Assembly: GCA_964427715.1 (NCBI GenBank) | Contig: CAYRUV010000002.1 | Span: 85,663 to 149,662 of the forward strand | Direction of reading: 5' to 3' | Origin: an uncultured archaeon | Lineage (GTDB): Archaea > Iainarchaeota > Iainarchaeia > Iainarchaeales > VGJJ01 | DNA: 64,000 bases | Shown here: positions 53,156 through 62,334 of the stretch, in pieces | Numbering within the stretch: position 1 is the first letter of the stretch | Layout of the letters: the number at the start of each line of letters is the position of its first letter | Notes under the pieces: model-generated | Databases searched by the model: none | What the model was told of the DNA's origin: nothing | Seen by the model: only the letters and a program-made list of their open reading frames with translations | Translations under genes and position numbers: made by a program

Positions 53156-53761
53156 ATGATTTTGAGTGATGGGGAAATCAAGGAGTTGCTGGAGCAGGGG
53201 AACGTATACGTCCCCACGGACAACAATCCCATCGACCTCGCCCTACAATTGGGCCCCTCTTCCCTGGACTTGCGTTTGGGTCCTGAGATTCTATTGTTTG
53301 ACAATCATGCCATGCGCCTGATTGACTTGAGTGAAAAACAGCCTCCTCGCATGAGAAGGGTGCAGATGGATGAGAAGGAAGGATTTGTTTTACACCCCGG
53401 GGAGTTTGTTTTAGGCACCACCATTGAGGCCGTGAAGATTCCAGACGATTTAGTCGGGCGACTGGAGGGGCGAAGCTCCTTGGGACGATTAGGGCTGGTT
53501 ATTCACGCCACGGCCGGGTTCATCGACCCCGGTTTTGAGGGACAAATCACCCTCGAAATGCAGAATATAGGGAATCAACCCCTATTATTGAGGCCCAACC
53601 AGCGGATTTGCCAGCTGTGCTTCATGCGCATGTCTAAACCCGCTGAGACCCCTTACCACAAGAAGCAGGATTCCAAATACCATGGGCAGTTTGGTCCGGT
53701 GGCCTCTCGTATATCCAAGGAACAGCGCAAATCGCCCCCTTCGAACGAAAGCGAATTATAA
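53156..53761 (+). CDS. dcd: dCTP deaminase
   Basis: MILSDGEIKELL start, then LEGRSSLGRLGLVIHATAGFIDPGFEGQITLEMQN. Confidence 0.9.
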   Translation: MILSDGEIKELLEQGNVYVPTDNNPIDLALQLGPSSLDLRLGPEILLFDNHAMRLIDLSEKQPPRMRRVQMDEKEGFVLHPGEFVLGTTIEAVKIPDDLVGRLEGRSSLGRLGLVIHATAGFIDPGFEGQITLEMQNIGNQPLLLRPNQRICQLCFMRMSKPAETPYHKKQDSKYHGQFGPVASRISKEQRKSPPSNESEL

Positions 53762-53856
53762 ACCCTTCCGAGGCACCTTTCCTTATTGTGCCGCCGGGCC
53801 CATGTCAGGAATAGACCCCTGATTCTGGCTGCATGCTGTATTCCGGGAGATAAACC

Positions 53857-55635
53857 ATGTCCGAAAACTCGTCTACGAAGCTGCGTACGCCCATCATTGC
53901 AGTCCTCGGACACGTGGACGCGGGGAAGACGTCTTTTCTCGATAAGATTCGCTCGACTAATTTGGCGGCCAAAGAACCTGGACTCATTACTCAACACATC
54001 GGGGCCACCGAAATTCCCCTCCCTCTCGTGGAGCAGATTGCTGGGAACCTGGTTCAAAAATTTGGATTCAAACTTTCCATTCCTGGGTTGCTTTTCATCG
54101 ACACGCCCGGACACGAAGCGTTCACCAACTTACGCGAGCGCGGGTCGAGCATTGCCGATCTAGCCGTGTTGATTATCGACATCAACAAGGGATTGCAGCC
54201 TCAAACAAAAGAAGCCATAACCATTTTGCGCAACTACAAGGTTCCCTTCGTCGTGTGCCTGACAAAAATTGACATGGTAGAGGGATACGAATCCGCTCCG
54301 GGGAGTTTCTTGGCCAATCAAACTAACCAAGATGCGGCAACACTCAAACGAATGGATGAGAAGCTCTACACGATCGTGGGGCACTTGTTCGAGCACGGAT
54401 TCAACGCCGAACGATTCGATCGCGTGCGCGACACGACGAAAGAATTGGCGATGATTCCGGTTTCTTCCATCACCGGAGAAGGATTGCCCGAAACATTAGT
54501 GTTTCTCGCCGGACTCGCGCAGCGATTCTTGGAGTCCAACCTCAAGATGCAGGAAAACTCCCCTGGAAAAGGAACATTGTTGGAGGTTCGCGAGGAGAAA
54601 GGCCTCGGAACAACCATCGATGTCATTCTGTATGAGGGAGTTTTGCGCGTCGGGGATTCATTTGTTATTGCGGGAAAGAATGGGGTCATCTCCACAAAGG
54701 TTCGCGCATTGTTACGACCCAACACGATTACCGACATCCGCATGAATGACAAGTGGGTGCAAGTGAAGGAGATTCACGCCGCGGCCGGAATCAAAGTCTC
54801 GGCTCCCAATTTGGAGCAAGCACTCGCCGGAAGCCCTTTCCTGGTCGCCAAGACCGGATTAGAAGCCGCCACGATTGAGAAAGAAGTGAATCAGCTGAAG
54901 ATCGATTCTCAACAAATTGGAATCATCCTCAAGACGGACACCTTAGGCAGTCTCGAAGCCTTAGTGAAGCTCTTCCACTCGCACAATATCCCCATCAAGT
55001 CCGCGAATGTGGGAGAAATCACCAAACGAGATATTATGGAAGCCGCCGCCGTGAAGGGAAAGGATCCTTACTTGGGTGTGTTGTTTGCATTCTCAACTCA
55101 TTTCCCGGATGCCTTGCGCAAGGACGCAGAAATTTCGGGTGTGAAGGTGTTTGAGAGCAACATTGTTTACTCGCTCACCGAAGATTATGCTAAGTGGGTC
55201 GAATCCGAAAAGGCGCAGCGCCAGAAGGAATTCTTGGAGAAGGCCATCCTTCCGTGCGAGTTCAAAGTTCTCCCTGGATTCGTTTTTCGCAACTCTAAGC
55301 CTGCCGTCGTGGGCGTGCGAATCATAGAAGGTCGCTTGAAGACGAACGCGGAAGTGATGAATGACAAGGGAGAAATCATCGGTCGCGTGCTCAACATCCA
55401 AGAGGATAAAGAAACGGTCACGGAAGTGAAGCGCGACCAAGAAGTCGCCGTGTCTATTTCCGAAGCCGTGATTGGCCGAAGCCTCTTTGAGGGGGACACG
55501 CTTTACACCAAAATCACTCCAGGGATGCAAGCCCTGTTGAAGAAAGTGAATCTCAGCGAGGAGGAGCAATCACTGCTCGAAAAGATCCTCGCCTTACAGT
55601 CTACACCAGACACTCAATCCAATGAGGAGGAATGA
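53857..55635 (+). CDS. infB: translation initiation factor aIF5B (IF-2 family GTPase)
   Basis: G1 GHVDAGKT, G3 DTPGHEAF, G4 LTKID. 592 aa with the typical four-domain length. Confidence 0.95.
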   Translation: MSENSSTKLRTPIIAVLGHVDAGKTSFLDKIRSTNLAAKEPGLITQHIGATEIPLPLVEQIAGNLVQKFGFKLSIPGLLFIDTPGHEAFTNLRERGSSIADLAVLIIDINKGLQPQTKEAITILRNYKVPFVVCLTKIDMVEGYESAPGSFLANQTNQDAATLKRMDEKLYTIVGHLFEHGFNAERFDRVRDTTKELAMIPVSSITGEGLPETLVFLAGLAQRFLESNLKMQENSPGKGTLLEVREEKGLGTTIDVILYEGVLRVGDSFVIAGKNGVISTKVRALLRPNTITDIRMNDKWVQVKEIHAAAGIKVSAPNLEQALAGSPFLVAKTGLEAATIEKEVNQLKIDSQQIGIILKTDTLGSLEALVKLFHSHNIPIKSANVGEITKRDIMEAAAVKGKDPYLGVLFAFSTHFPDALRKDAEISGVKVFESNIVYSLTEDYAKWVESEKAQRQKEFLEKAILPCEFKVLPGFVFRNSKPAVVGVRIIEGRLKTNAEVMNDKGEIIGRVLNIQEDKETVTEVKRDQEVAVSISEAVIGRSLFEGDTLYTKITPGMQALLKKVNLSEEEQSLLEKILALQSTPDTQSNEEE

Positions 55636-56036
55636 ACAACATGAACATCGTGGTCTCAGACCCCAAAACACGTAAGGCGTACACCAAGAAATTGGAAGCC
55701 ACTCCTTTCGTGGGAAAGAAAATAGGACAAGAAGTCGACCTGGCCGACATCGGCTTGGCCGGATACAAGGGAATCATCACGGGAGGATCCGACAAGACGG
55801 GAACACCCATGAGAAGTAACTTCCCTGGAACCGGACGCAAGAAGCTGCTCATCTACCCGGGTGTGGGATTCCGCACGGGAGAGAAAGGAGAGCGACGTAA
55901 ACGCCCTTTGCGAGGCAACACGATCGCGCAGGATATTCACCAGGTGAATATCAAGCTGACGCATCACGGAACCACGCCCGTCGAAGAGACCTGGCCTCAG
56001 GTCAAGAAGGAGAAGAAGGCGGCCGACAAGAAGTAA
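55632..56036 (+). CDS. rps6e: ribosomal protein S6e
   Basis: NIVVSDPKTRKAYTKKLE...GYKGIITGGSDKTGTPMR. ATGA overlap with infB. Confidence 0.9.
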   Translation: MNNMNIVVSDPKTRKAYTKKLEATPFVGKKIGQEVDLADIGLAGYKGIITGGSDKTGTPMRSNFPGTGRKKLLIYPGVGFRTGEKGERRKRPLRGNTIAQDIHQVNIKLTHHGTTPVEETWPQVKKEKKAADKK

Positions 56037-56067
56037 GCCGCAGGTCTTCGGGTTGAGAATGGTGGAC

Positions 56068-56104
56068 GGAGGGGTGGATTACCACTCCTCCCTTTCCCTT
56101 TTCC
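56068..56104 (+). terminator. 10-bp hairpin plus pyrimidine/T-rich tail after rps6e
   Basis: GGAGGGGTGG-ATTA-CCACTCCTCC (one G-U pair) followed by CTTTCCCTTTTCC. Confidence 0.45.
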
Positions 56105-56166
56105 ACATCCATTTTGGAGTCGATCCGAAGGTTGGTTTAAAGAGGCTTCCCGCTACACCCCCTAGT

Positions 56167-57546
56167 ATGCCCCGTGCCAAAAAGACTGTTGAAACACCCG
56201 TGGAAGGCGAAGGAACAGTGGCACCTGTCAAGAAAGAGACGAAAACACGGGCAAAGAAGAGCATGCTCTCCGCGGCGGGAGAAGCACTCGCGGCCTCCCA
56301 TGAGGAAAAGAAAGCGCCTGTTCACATGGAAAAACACGCTCCTGCGCACGCAGCGCACGGTCACGTGCTCCAAGCCGAAGTCAACATCGGAACCGCGGGT
56401 CACGTGGATCACGGCAAGACATCACTGACGAAAGCCTTGAGTGGGAAGTGGACCGACACTCATTCGGAGGAACTCAAGCGAGGAATTTCCATCCGATTAG
56501 GGTATGCGGATGCGACGTTTTACGAATACGCCGGAAAAGATGGAGCCGAGAAGTTTGGCGCCACTCCTGAGAAGGATGGAGTAAAAGGAAAACTCTTGCG
56601 AAAAGTTTCATTCATCGACGCCCCCGGACACGAGACACTCATGACAACGATGTTGTCGGGTGCCACGTTGTTGAACGGTGCCTTGTTAGTCATCGCGGCG
56701 AATGAGCCTTGTCCTCAGCCGCGCACGGCGGAACACTTAATGGCGTTGCAGATCGCCGGGATTCAGAATTTGATTGTGGTGCAGAACAAAGTAGATTTGG
56801 TTGACAAGAAGCGCGCCATGGAATCCCACGCGGAGATTGTAAAATTCTTGAAGGATTACGGGTACGAAAAGTCTCCCGTCGTTCCGGTATCGGCGAACTT
56901 CAATGCCAACACGGATTTGTTGATTCAGTTAATTGAGGAAATCATTCCCACGCCCAAGCACGACTTGACGAAGCCCTTGAAGATGTACATCTCTCGCTCA
57001 TTTGATGTGAATAAGCCGGGAACGCCCATTGAGCAGTTGAAGGGTGGCGTGTTGGGCGGAAGTATCATTCAAGGATCTCTTTCTCCCGGACAAAAAGTCG
57101 AAGTCACTCCTGGTTTTGATGGGAAACCCTTCGTGATTGAAGTTCAAAATCTCAACATCTCGGAAGGAAACCTCACGAAAGCGCATCCGGGTGGATTGAT
57201 TGCGGTGGGAACGAAGATGGATCCCGGAATTACATCGATGGATAAGTTCAAGGGGCAGATTTTGTGCGAGCCTTCTTCCTTGCCCAAGCCCACGGATCGC
57301 TTCTTCATGGAGTGGCACGAGCTTCCTCGCCTGCTGGATGGACGATTGCCCGCTCCCCACTTGAGGGAATTAATGGTCTTGACGCTGGGAACCAATACCT
57401 TGGTTGGAGAGGTCATGTCCATCAAGAAGAACACGCTGGATATCTTGCTGAAAGGAAAGATGACCATCGAAAAAGGACAGAAGGTCGCCATTTCTCGTCG
57501 CGATAAAGCGGCGTGGCGACTCTCTGGGTATGGCGTTATTCACTAA
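56167..57546 (+). CDS. eif2g: translation initiation factor aIF2 gamma subunit
   Basis: GHVDHGKTS, DAPGHE, QNKVD, then domains II and III. Start taken at ATG 56167 (MPRAKK), which has TTTAAAG about 28 nt upstream. This leaves a Lys-rich N-terminal extension of about 60 aa. Confidence 0.9.
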   Translation: MPRAKKTVETPVEGEGTVAPVKKETKTRAKKSMLSAAGEALAASHEEKKAPVHMEKHAPAHAAHGHVLQAEVNIGTAGHVDHGKTSLTKALSGKWTDTHSEELKRGISIRLGYADATFYEYAGKDGAEKFGATPEKDGVKGKLLRKVSFIDAPGHETLMTTMLSGATLLNGALLVIAANEPCPQPRTAEHLMALQIAGIQNLIVVQNKVDLVDKKRAMESHAEIVKFLKDYGYEKSPVVPVSANFNANTDLLIQLIEEIIPTPKHDLTKPLKMYISRSFDVNKPGTPIEQLKGGVLGGSIIQGSLSPGQKVEVTPGFDGKPFVIEVQNLNISEGNLTKAHPGGLIAVGTKMDPGITSMDKFKGQILCEPSSLPKPTDRFFMEWHELPRLLDGRLPAPHLRELMVLTLGTNTLVGEVMSIKKNTLDILLKGKMTIEKGQKVAISRRDKAAWRLSGYGVIH

Positions 57547-58160
57547 TTAGCCATTAGTGCTCCCGCACCTACTAATCCTGCAATCATCGAGGCCGCGAAA
57601 ATCATGGCAAGGATGAATACGAGGATGAGGGGGACGAGCATGATGACTAATCCTTTCATCTTACTCACCTTGTGCACGACCGAAATCAGCACGACTTGAA
57701 GGTAGAGCGAATAAAGGTTCCACACGAAGCTAATCATAACTCCAACGAATGGAATGAGGGTCAAGAAAAATATCCCAATCGTGGCGAAGAACGCCGGCCA
57801 AACAAGTCGGGAGGATACATAGAATTGTTGATCAAACGTCCCGGTGCCTCCTAATGCTTTGGCGATGAGATACATGATTCCCGTGCCAATCAGACTTCCA
57901 ATCACGGTCAAAATAGCCAGTAGAATGGGGAAAACAATAATCGCAAGGACTCCGAGGCCGGCAAATAATGCTCCCGCACTCCCGCCGAGCGTACTCAATA
58001 ATCCTCCTAACGTAGCAAAGCCCAATCCCAGGATGAGTCCGAACACGGCACCGACTAGGGCGTATGATTTCATGGCCTCTCTTCGGTCCACCAATTTCAG
58101 GTCTCCCTGCATGGTGGGTTCCGGTTTGATGATGATATTGAAGTACTCCACAACCGACAT
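57543..58160 (-). CDS. polytopic membrane protein (Yip1-like, 5 TM)
   Basis: 205 aa with five hydrophobic segments after a short soluble N-terminus. The family call is tentative. Its stop codon overlaps the eif2g stop. Confidence 0.5.
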   Translation of the reverse strand: MSVVEYFNIIIKPEPTMQGDLKLVDRREAMKSYALVGAVFGLILGLGFATLGGLLSTLGGSAGALFAGLGVLAIIVFPILLAILTVIGSLIGTGIMYLIAKALGGTGTFDQQFYVSSRLVWPAFFATIGIFFLTLIPFVGVMISFVWNLYSLYLQVVLISVVHKVSKMKGLVIMLVPLILVFILAMIFAASMIAGLVGAGALMAN

Positions 58161-58244
58161 ACACGTAGTCTCCTCCGAAAATCATTCGGCTCCTCTCGAG
58201 AAGGGAAAGTCCCCTATTCTATATAAACAACAGGGACTCATTCC

Positions 58245-58652
58245 ATGCGAGGCGATGCCATTAGTCCCAAAACCACTCTCGTGAAGGTTGCGCTAGACAC
58301 GAATATTTTGCTGGATATGACCCGGCTGAAAATCGATGTGTTTGACCAACTCCACGGATTAGTGGGAGGAGCCCTTCTAGTGGTTCCCATTCAAGTGAAG
58401 CAGGAACTCCAAACCCTGTCTGTTGAGCGGGGGAAAGACGGGATGGCCGCGCGGTTTGCGTTGGAATCCCTCCCTAAACATGGGGTGAAGGTTGTTCCCG
58501 CCACCGGGGAGCGGGGGGATGATGCGTTGGTCGATTTGGCCCAGAAAGGCTATATAATAGCCACAAACGACAAGGCCCTCAGACAAAGCCTTAAAAACAA
58601 TCCCCAGCGGGCTATTGTGGTACGCCAATCCAAATATTTGGCTTGGAACTAG
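58245..58652 (+). CDS. PIN-domain protein (Fcf1/Utp24-like)
   Basis: VALDTNILLDM...LVVPIQVKQEL...IIATNDKALRQ. It sits in the conserved position upstream of rpo7. Confidence 0.75.
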   Translation: MRGDAISPKTTLVKVALDTNILLDMTRLKIDVFDQLHGLVGGALLVVPIQVKQELQTLSVERGKDGMAARFALESLPKHGVKVVPATGERGDDALVDLAQKGYIIATNDKALRQSLKNNPQRAIVVRQSKYLAWN

Positions 58653-58687
58653 ACATTTTTCATACGCCCCCACAGGAGACTCACCGC

Positions 58688-59281
58688 ATGTATTCGCTGG
58701 CTAAAATCCGAGACACTATCCGTGTGCCTCCCGCTAAATTCTCAAGCGACTTGAACCAATCTATTTTGGGCATTGTGCGCGGGGACATGGAAGGACTTGT
58801 GGATTCCGAATTGGGTGTTATCATCGCCGTCATGGAAGCCAAGAAGAAAGCTGAAGGAAAAATTGTTCCTGGAGATCCTTCTGCGTATTTCGATTCCGAA
58901 CTTACTCTTTTAGTCTACAAGCCTCAGGTCAACGAAGTCGTTGAGGGTGTTGTGTCCGAAGCCACCGAATTCGGTGCCTTCGTGAAGACCGGACCCATTG
59001 AAGGACTTGTTCACGTTTCCCAGATTGCGGATGACTTCATCACGTATGATGCGAATGTCCCCGGATTCACCGGACGAGATAGTAAGCGCACGCTCAAGAT
59101 TGGAGATTTGATCACCGCGAAGGTTGTGTCCGTTTCCATGAAGGGAACGATTCCCGATTCTAAGATTGGACTTACCATGCGACAGCCCGGACTCGGAAAG
59201 AAAGAGTGGGCGAAGATCAAGAAACAAGTCCGCGTGGAAAAGAAAGGAAAAGCACCCCCTAAGGGAGGTGACACGGAATGA
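58688..59281 (+). CDS. rpo7: RNA polymerase subunit Rpo7 (E')
   Basis: MYSLAKIRDTIRVPP start and S1 domain GVVSEATEFGAFVKTGPIEGLVHVSQI. Confidence 0.9.
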   Translation: MYSLAKIRDTIRVPPAKFSSDLNQSILGIVRGDMEGLVDSELGVIIAVMEAKKKAEGKIVPGDPSAYFDSELTLLVYKPQVNEVVEGVVSEATEFGAFVKTGPIEGLVHVSQIADDFITYDANVPGFTGRDSKRTLKIGDLITAKVVSVSMKGTIPDSKIGLTMRQPGLGKKEWAKIKKQVRVEKKGKAPPKGGDTE

Positions 59282-59472
59282 GCAAAGAAAAAGCCTGCCG
59301 ATCGTGCCACAAGCTCTCCGAGGACATGAAAGAGTGTCCCGTCTGCAAGGGAACCGACCTGACCACGTTCTGGTCGGGATTTGTTGAGATCGTGAACACT
59401 GAAAAGAGTGAGATCGCCAAGAAGATGGGCGCCACGACCGTTGGAAAATACGCTTTGCGGTTGAGCCGGTAA
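59278..59472 (+). CDS. spt4: transcription elongation factor Spt4 (RpoE'')
   Basis: 64 aa with zinc ribbon CRSC...CPVC, then WSGFVEIVN. ATGA overlap with rpo7. Confidence 0.85.
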   Translation: MSKEKACRSCHKLSEDMKECPVCKGTDLTTFWSGFVEIVNTEKSEIAKKMGATTVGKYALRLSR

Positions 59473-59480
59473 AGGGGGAA

Positions 59481-59801
59481 ATGGATATGCAAATTGAAAT
59501 CGAAGGACGACACAAGAACACTTTCTTCCATCGCGAAGAAGTCAATTTTGAGCTGTTGAACATCAAGAAAACTCCCTCCCGCGAGGAAGTCCGAAAGGCC
59601 TTAGCGGCCCAATTGGGGGCCAATGAGGAATTGGTCGTCATTGATGAGATTGACCACGAGTTCGGAAGCACCCGCGTGTATGGTTTCGCTAAGAAATACG
59701 ACACGGTTGAGGACATGAAGAAGACCGAACCCAAGTTCATGCGCAAGCGCCACGGCGAAAAAGACGAGCCGAAGGTCGCCGCAACCCCTAAGGAGGCATA
59801 A
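59481..59801 (+). CDS. rps24e: ribosomal protein S24e
   Basis: NTFFHREEVNFELLNIKKTPSREEVRKALAAQLG...VYGFAKKY. Confidence 0.9.
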   Translation: MDMQIEIEGRHKNTFFHREEVNFELLNIKKTPSREEVRKALAAQLGANEELVVIDEIDHEFGSTRVYGFAKKYDTVEDMKKTEPKFMRKRHGEKDEPKVAATPKEA

Positions 59802-59804
59802 AGT

Positions 59805-60008
59805 ATGGCAGCCGCACCCGCCCAGAAACAGAAAGGAAGCAATCCCAAGAAGACGAGCAAGTCATCCTTGTACGCCATTTCAGGGAATGACATTAAACGA
59901 AGCAAGAAAGCCTGCCCCAAGTGCGGACCCGGAGTATTCTTGGCCCAGCACGACAACCGCGAATCCTGCGGAAACTGCGGCTTTTTAGAGTGGAAGAAGA
60001 AAGCATAG
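59805..60008 (+). CDS. rps27ae: ribosomal protein S27ae
   Basis: 67 aa with zinc ribbon CPKCGPGVFLAQHDNRESCGNCG. Confidence 0.88.
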   Translation: MAAAPAQKQKGSNPKKTSKSSLYAISGNDIKRSKKACPKCGPGVFLAQHDNRESCGNCGFLEWKKKA

Positions 60009-60014
60009 TAGCGT

Positions 60015-60533
60015 ATGATCGCCTACTCCGCGCTCACCTTTCCACTGGCATTCATCCTCTTCTCCCTTGGAGTCATCATTCTCTCCAAGAAGAAACCCTC
60101 GGAGTGGTTAGGGAAACTTCCTTCATCTTTTCCACTCATTCCCATTCTCGCGATTTTCATTCAACTCCTACTCATCGGAGTGGGGATCGATTTTGTTTCT
60201 TCGTGGCTTAACGTCAACGACACGCAGAACGTAGGAATTGCTATTGAGGGGCTGAATCAAAATCCGGTGATGGGGGTAGCCTCTCTTTCATTGGGTGCGA
60301 TTGGAGAGGAATTGTTTTTTCGCGGAATCCTTCAGACAATCATTGGTCCATTCATCAGCTCATTTATTTTTGGATTATTTCACGCCGGGTATGATTCGAT
60401 TATTCAAATCCTCGGGTCATTTCTTGCCGGATTAGTATTGGCGCGCGCACGCGGAGTGAATGGGAGTGTGTATCCTGGGATTGGCGGGCACTTGCTCTAT
60501 AATCTCGTGATTGTTTTTGTGTGGGGAATCTAA
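60015..60533 (+). CDS. CPBP-family intramembrane glutamic endopeptidase (CAAX protease-like)
   Basis: Motifs EELFFRG, FGLFHAGY and HLLYNL in a polytopic protein. Confidence 0.8.
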   Translation: MIAYSALTFPLAFILFSLGVIILSKKKPSEWLGKLPSSFPLIPILAIFIQLLLIGVGIDFVSSWLNVNDTQNVGIAIEGLNQNPVMGVASLSLGAIGEELFFRGILQTIIGPFISSFIFGLFHAGYDSIIQILGSFLAGLVLARARGVNGSVYPGIGGHLLYNLVIVFVWGI

Positions 60534-60534
60534 G

Positions 60535-61515
60535 ATGTACGCACTCGGAATCGAATCCACCGCTCATACATTCGGAATAGGAATCGTGGATGAGAAATGC
60601 AACGTCCTCGCCAACGAGAAGGCCGCGTATACAAATCCGGATGCGGGAATTCACCCCCGTTTAGCCGCGGATTATCACCTCTCGAATGGGGGTCGTATTC
60701 TCAAGCAAGCATTAGAGAAAGCCAACCTGAAAATGTCGGATATGGATGTAATCTCCTTTGCTCAAGGGCCTGGATTGGGTCCCTGTTTGCGAGTGGGGGC
60801 GATTACCGCGCGCTACCTTTCGTCCAAATACAAGAAACCCCTGTTAGGGGTCAATCACTGCGTGGCGCACGTGGAAATAGGGAAAGTGAAGACGCACGCG
60901 AAGGATCCTGTGGTCGTGTACACGTCTGGGGCTAACACGCAAATCATCGCGTATGAGAATGGAAAGTACCGTGTGATGGGGGAAACGCTTGACATGGGGG
61001 TTGGAAATGTATTGGATCAGTTTGGTCGCGACATGGGATTGGGTTTTCCCGCTGGTCCGGTGATTGATCAGAAATACTTCAAGGGGAAAAAGCTCATTCC
61101 TCTTCCGTATTCCGTGAAGGGAATGGACTTAGTGTTCGCCGGACTGCTTACTGCAGCCACGCAGAAGATTGGAAAGGAAGACGAGGATGATTTGTGCTAC
61201 TCTCTCATGCACACGGCCTTCTCCATGGTCTCCGAAGTGGCCGAGCGCGCATTGGCGCACACGGAGAAGGATGAACTATTAGTCACGGGCGGAGTCGCGG
61301 CCTCGAAGGCATTATCGGAGATGCTCCACAAGCTCTGTGCGGATCGTGGAGCCAAATTACACGTGGTTCCTATTCCCTATGCCATGGACAATGGAGCCAT
61401 GATCGCGTGGCAGGGATTAATCGAGCATCGCGCGGGGAGAAAGCAGGTCTTGTCGGATACCCGGGTGAATCAGCGTTTCCGTACTGATCACGTGGATGTT
61501 TTCTGGAAGACCTGA
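60535..61515 (+). CDS. kae1: tRNA N6-adenosine threonylcarbamoyltransferase Kae1
   Basis: MYALGIESTAHTFGIGIV, metal-binding NHCVAHVE, and GGVAASKAL. 326 aa, with no fused Bud32 kinase. Confidence 0.92.
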   Translation: MYALGIESTAHTFGIGIVDEKCNVLANEKAAYTNPDAGIHPRLAADYHLSNGGRILKQALEKANLKMSDMDVISFAQGPGLGPCLRVGAITARYLSSKYKKPLLGVNHCVAHVEIGKVKTHAKDPVVVYTSGANTQIIAYENGKYRVMGETLDMGVGNVLDQFGRDMGLGFPAGPVIDQKYFKGKKLIPLPYSVKGMDLVFAGLLTAATQKIGKEDEDDLCYSLMHTAFSMVSEVAERALAHTEKDELLVTGGVAASKALSEMLHKLCADRGAKLHVVPIPYAMDNGAMIAWQGLIEHRAGRKQVLSDTRVNQRFRTDHVDVFWKT

Positions 61516-62000
61516 ACGATTTTCCTCTTGATGAGGGAGGATTTGTACGTCTTGGACTTGTAGGCTGGGGCCCGCATAATCTTGCACGTGAGACCGCGCG
61601 TCTTAAGCTTAGTTTCAATGCTTTTAGCATCGGCGGGCTGATCGTATCCGAGTACAATCACATCCGGTTTCAATTCCACCACTTTATCGAGGATGTTTCC
61701 TTTTCCACCAATCACCGCGCGATCCACTCCTTTCAATGCGCTTACCATTTGTACGCGCGTGCGTTCATCACATACGGGGTGTTTTCCCTTGAATCGCTTC
61801 ACGTTCTCATCGCGCGCCACGATCACCGTCAAGTGGGTTCCTTGTTTCTTGGCGTACGTGAGATAGTGTACGTGTCCGGGATGTAACACGTCAAATGTTC
61901 CTTGCGCAAGCACGCGGATGATTTTTTTATTCGTTGCGCGTATTTTTTTCGTTGATGCATGTATATTTTTCTGTGTTGCGTGCACTTTTCGTGTTTTCAT
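61488..62000 (-). CDS. ribL: FAD synthetase RibL (cytidylyltransferase-family FMN adenylyltransferase)
   Basis: VLAQGTFDVLHPGHVHYL (HxGH), ARDENV, and GYDQ. A Lys-rich N-terminal tail is present. It overlaps kae1 convergently by 28 nt. Confidence 0.8.
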   Translation of the reverse strand: MKTRKVHATQKNIHASTKKIRATNKKIIRVLAQGTFDVLHPGHVHYLTYAKKQGTHLTVIVARDENVKRFKGKHPVCDERTRVQMVSALKGVDRAVIGGKGNILDKVVELKPDVIVLGYDQPADAKSIETKLKTRGLTCKIMRAPAYKSKTYKSSLIKRKIVQVFQKTST

Positions 62001-62081
62001 TGCGAAAGATGATGTAGCAAACCTTTATATAGCACGGTTCATTCCTCCGACATAATAACTCCAACTGGAGGAACGATACAC

Positions 62082-62255
62082 ATGGCAGCTAAACGAAGAA
62101 CGGCCCGCCGATCCGCGCGAAAGACCGCCCGACGCACCACGCGACGAGCATCCACCGCACGACGAACGACCCGCCGCACCACTCGCGCCCGCCGAACGAC
62201 TCGATCTACCCGATCGACCGCCCGACGAAGCCGAGCACGACGATCCAGTCGATAA
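62082..62255 (+). CDS. 57-aa Arg/Thr-rich, protamine-like small basic protein (absent from the ORF track because it is under 60 aa)
   Basis: My translation is MAAKRRTARRSARKTARRTTRRASTARRTTRRTTRARRTTRSTRSTARRSRARRSSR. GGAGG at 62067-62071 lies 10 nt upstream, TTTATATA at about 62024-62031, and a T7 run at 62266-62272 after the stop. Confidence 0.55.
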   Translation: MAAKRRTARRSARKTARRTTRRASTARRTTRRTTRARRTTRSTRSTARRSRARRSSR

Positions 62256-62334
62256 AAAAACCCAATTTTTTTCAGCGACGGCCACTCAAAATGGCCGGTC
62301 TGCTGAGGGGATGAAAAAATACTCTTTTTTTGAA

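Noticed and set aside
56167-56350. Lys-rich N-terminal extensions on aIF2-gamma (about 60 aa) and on RibL (61900-62000), considered as unusual features.
   Set aside because: They depend on start-codon choice. Basic low-complexity tails are common in small archaeal genomes. There was not enough evidence to raise either as a finding.
61488-61515. Convergent 3' overlaps (kae1/ribL 28 nt; 19489-19559, 71 nt; 15824-15841, 18 nt), considered as signs of mis-called genes.
   Set aside because: Both partners of the kae1/ribL pair have strong motifs to their ends. Such overlaps fit the generally compressed gene spacing here. The 71-nt case remains the least certain.
62025-62285. An 86-aa minus-strand ORF (Ser/Gly/Arg-rich).
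   Set aside because: It has no promoter or SD in the right place. It mirrors the CGN/ACN-repeat + strand ORF, which does have a TATA, an SD and a terminator. This remains uncertain; see the finding at 62082-62255.
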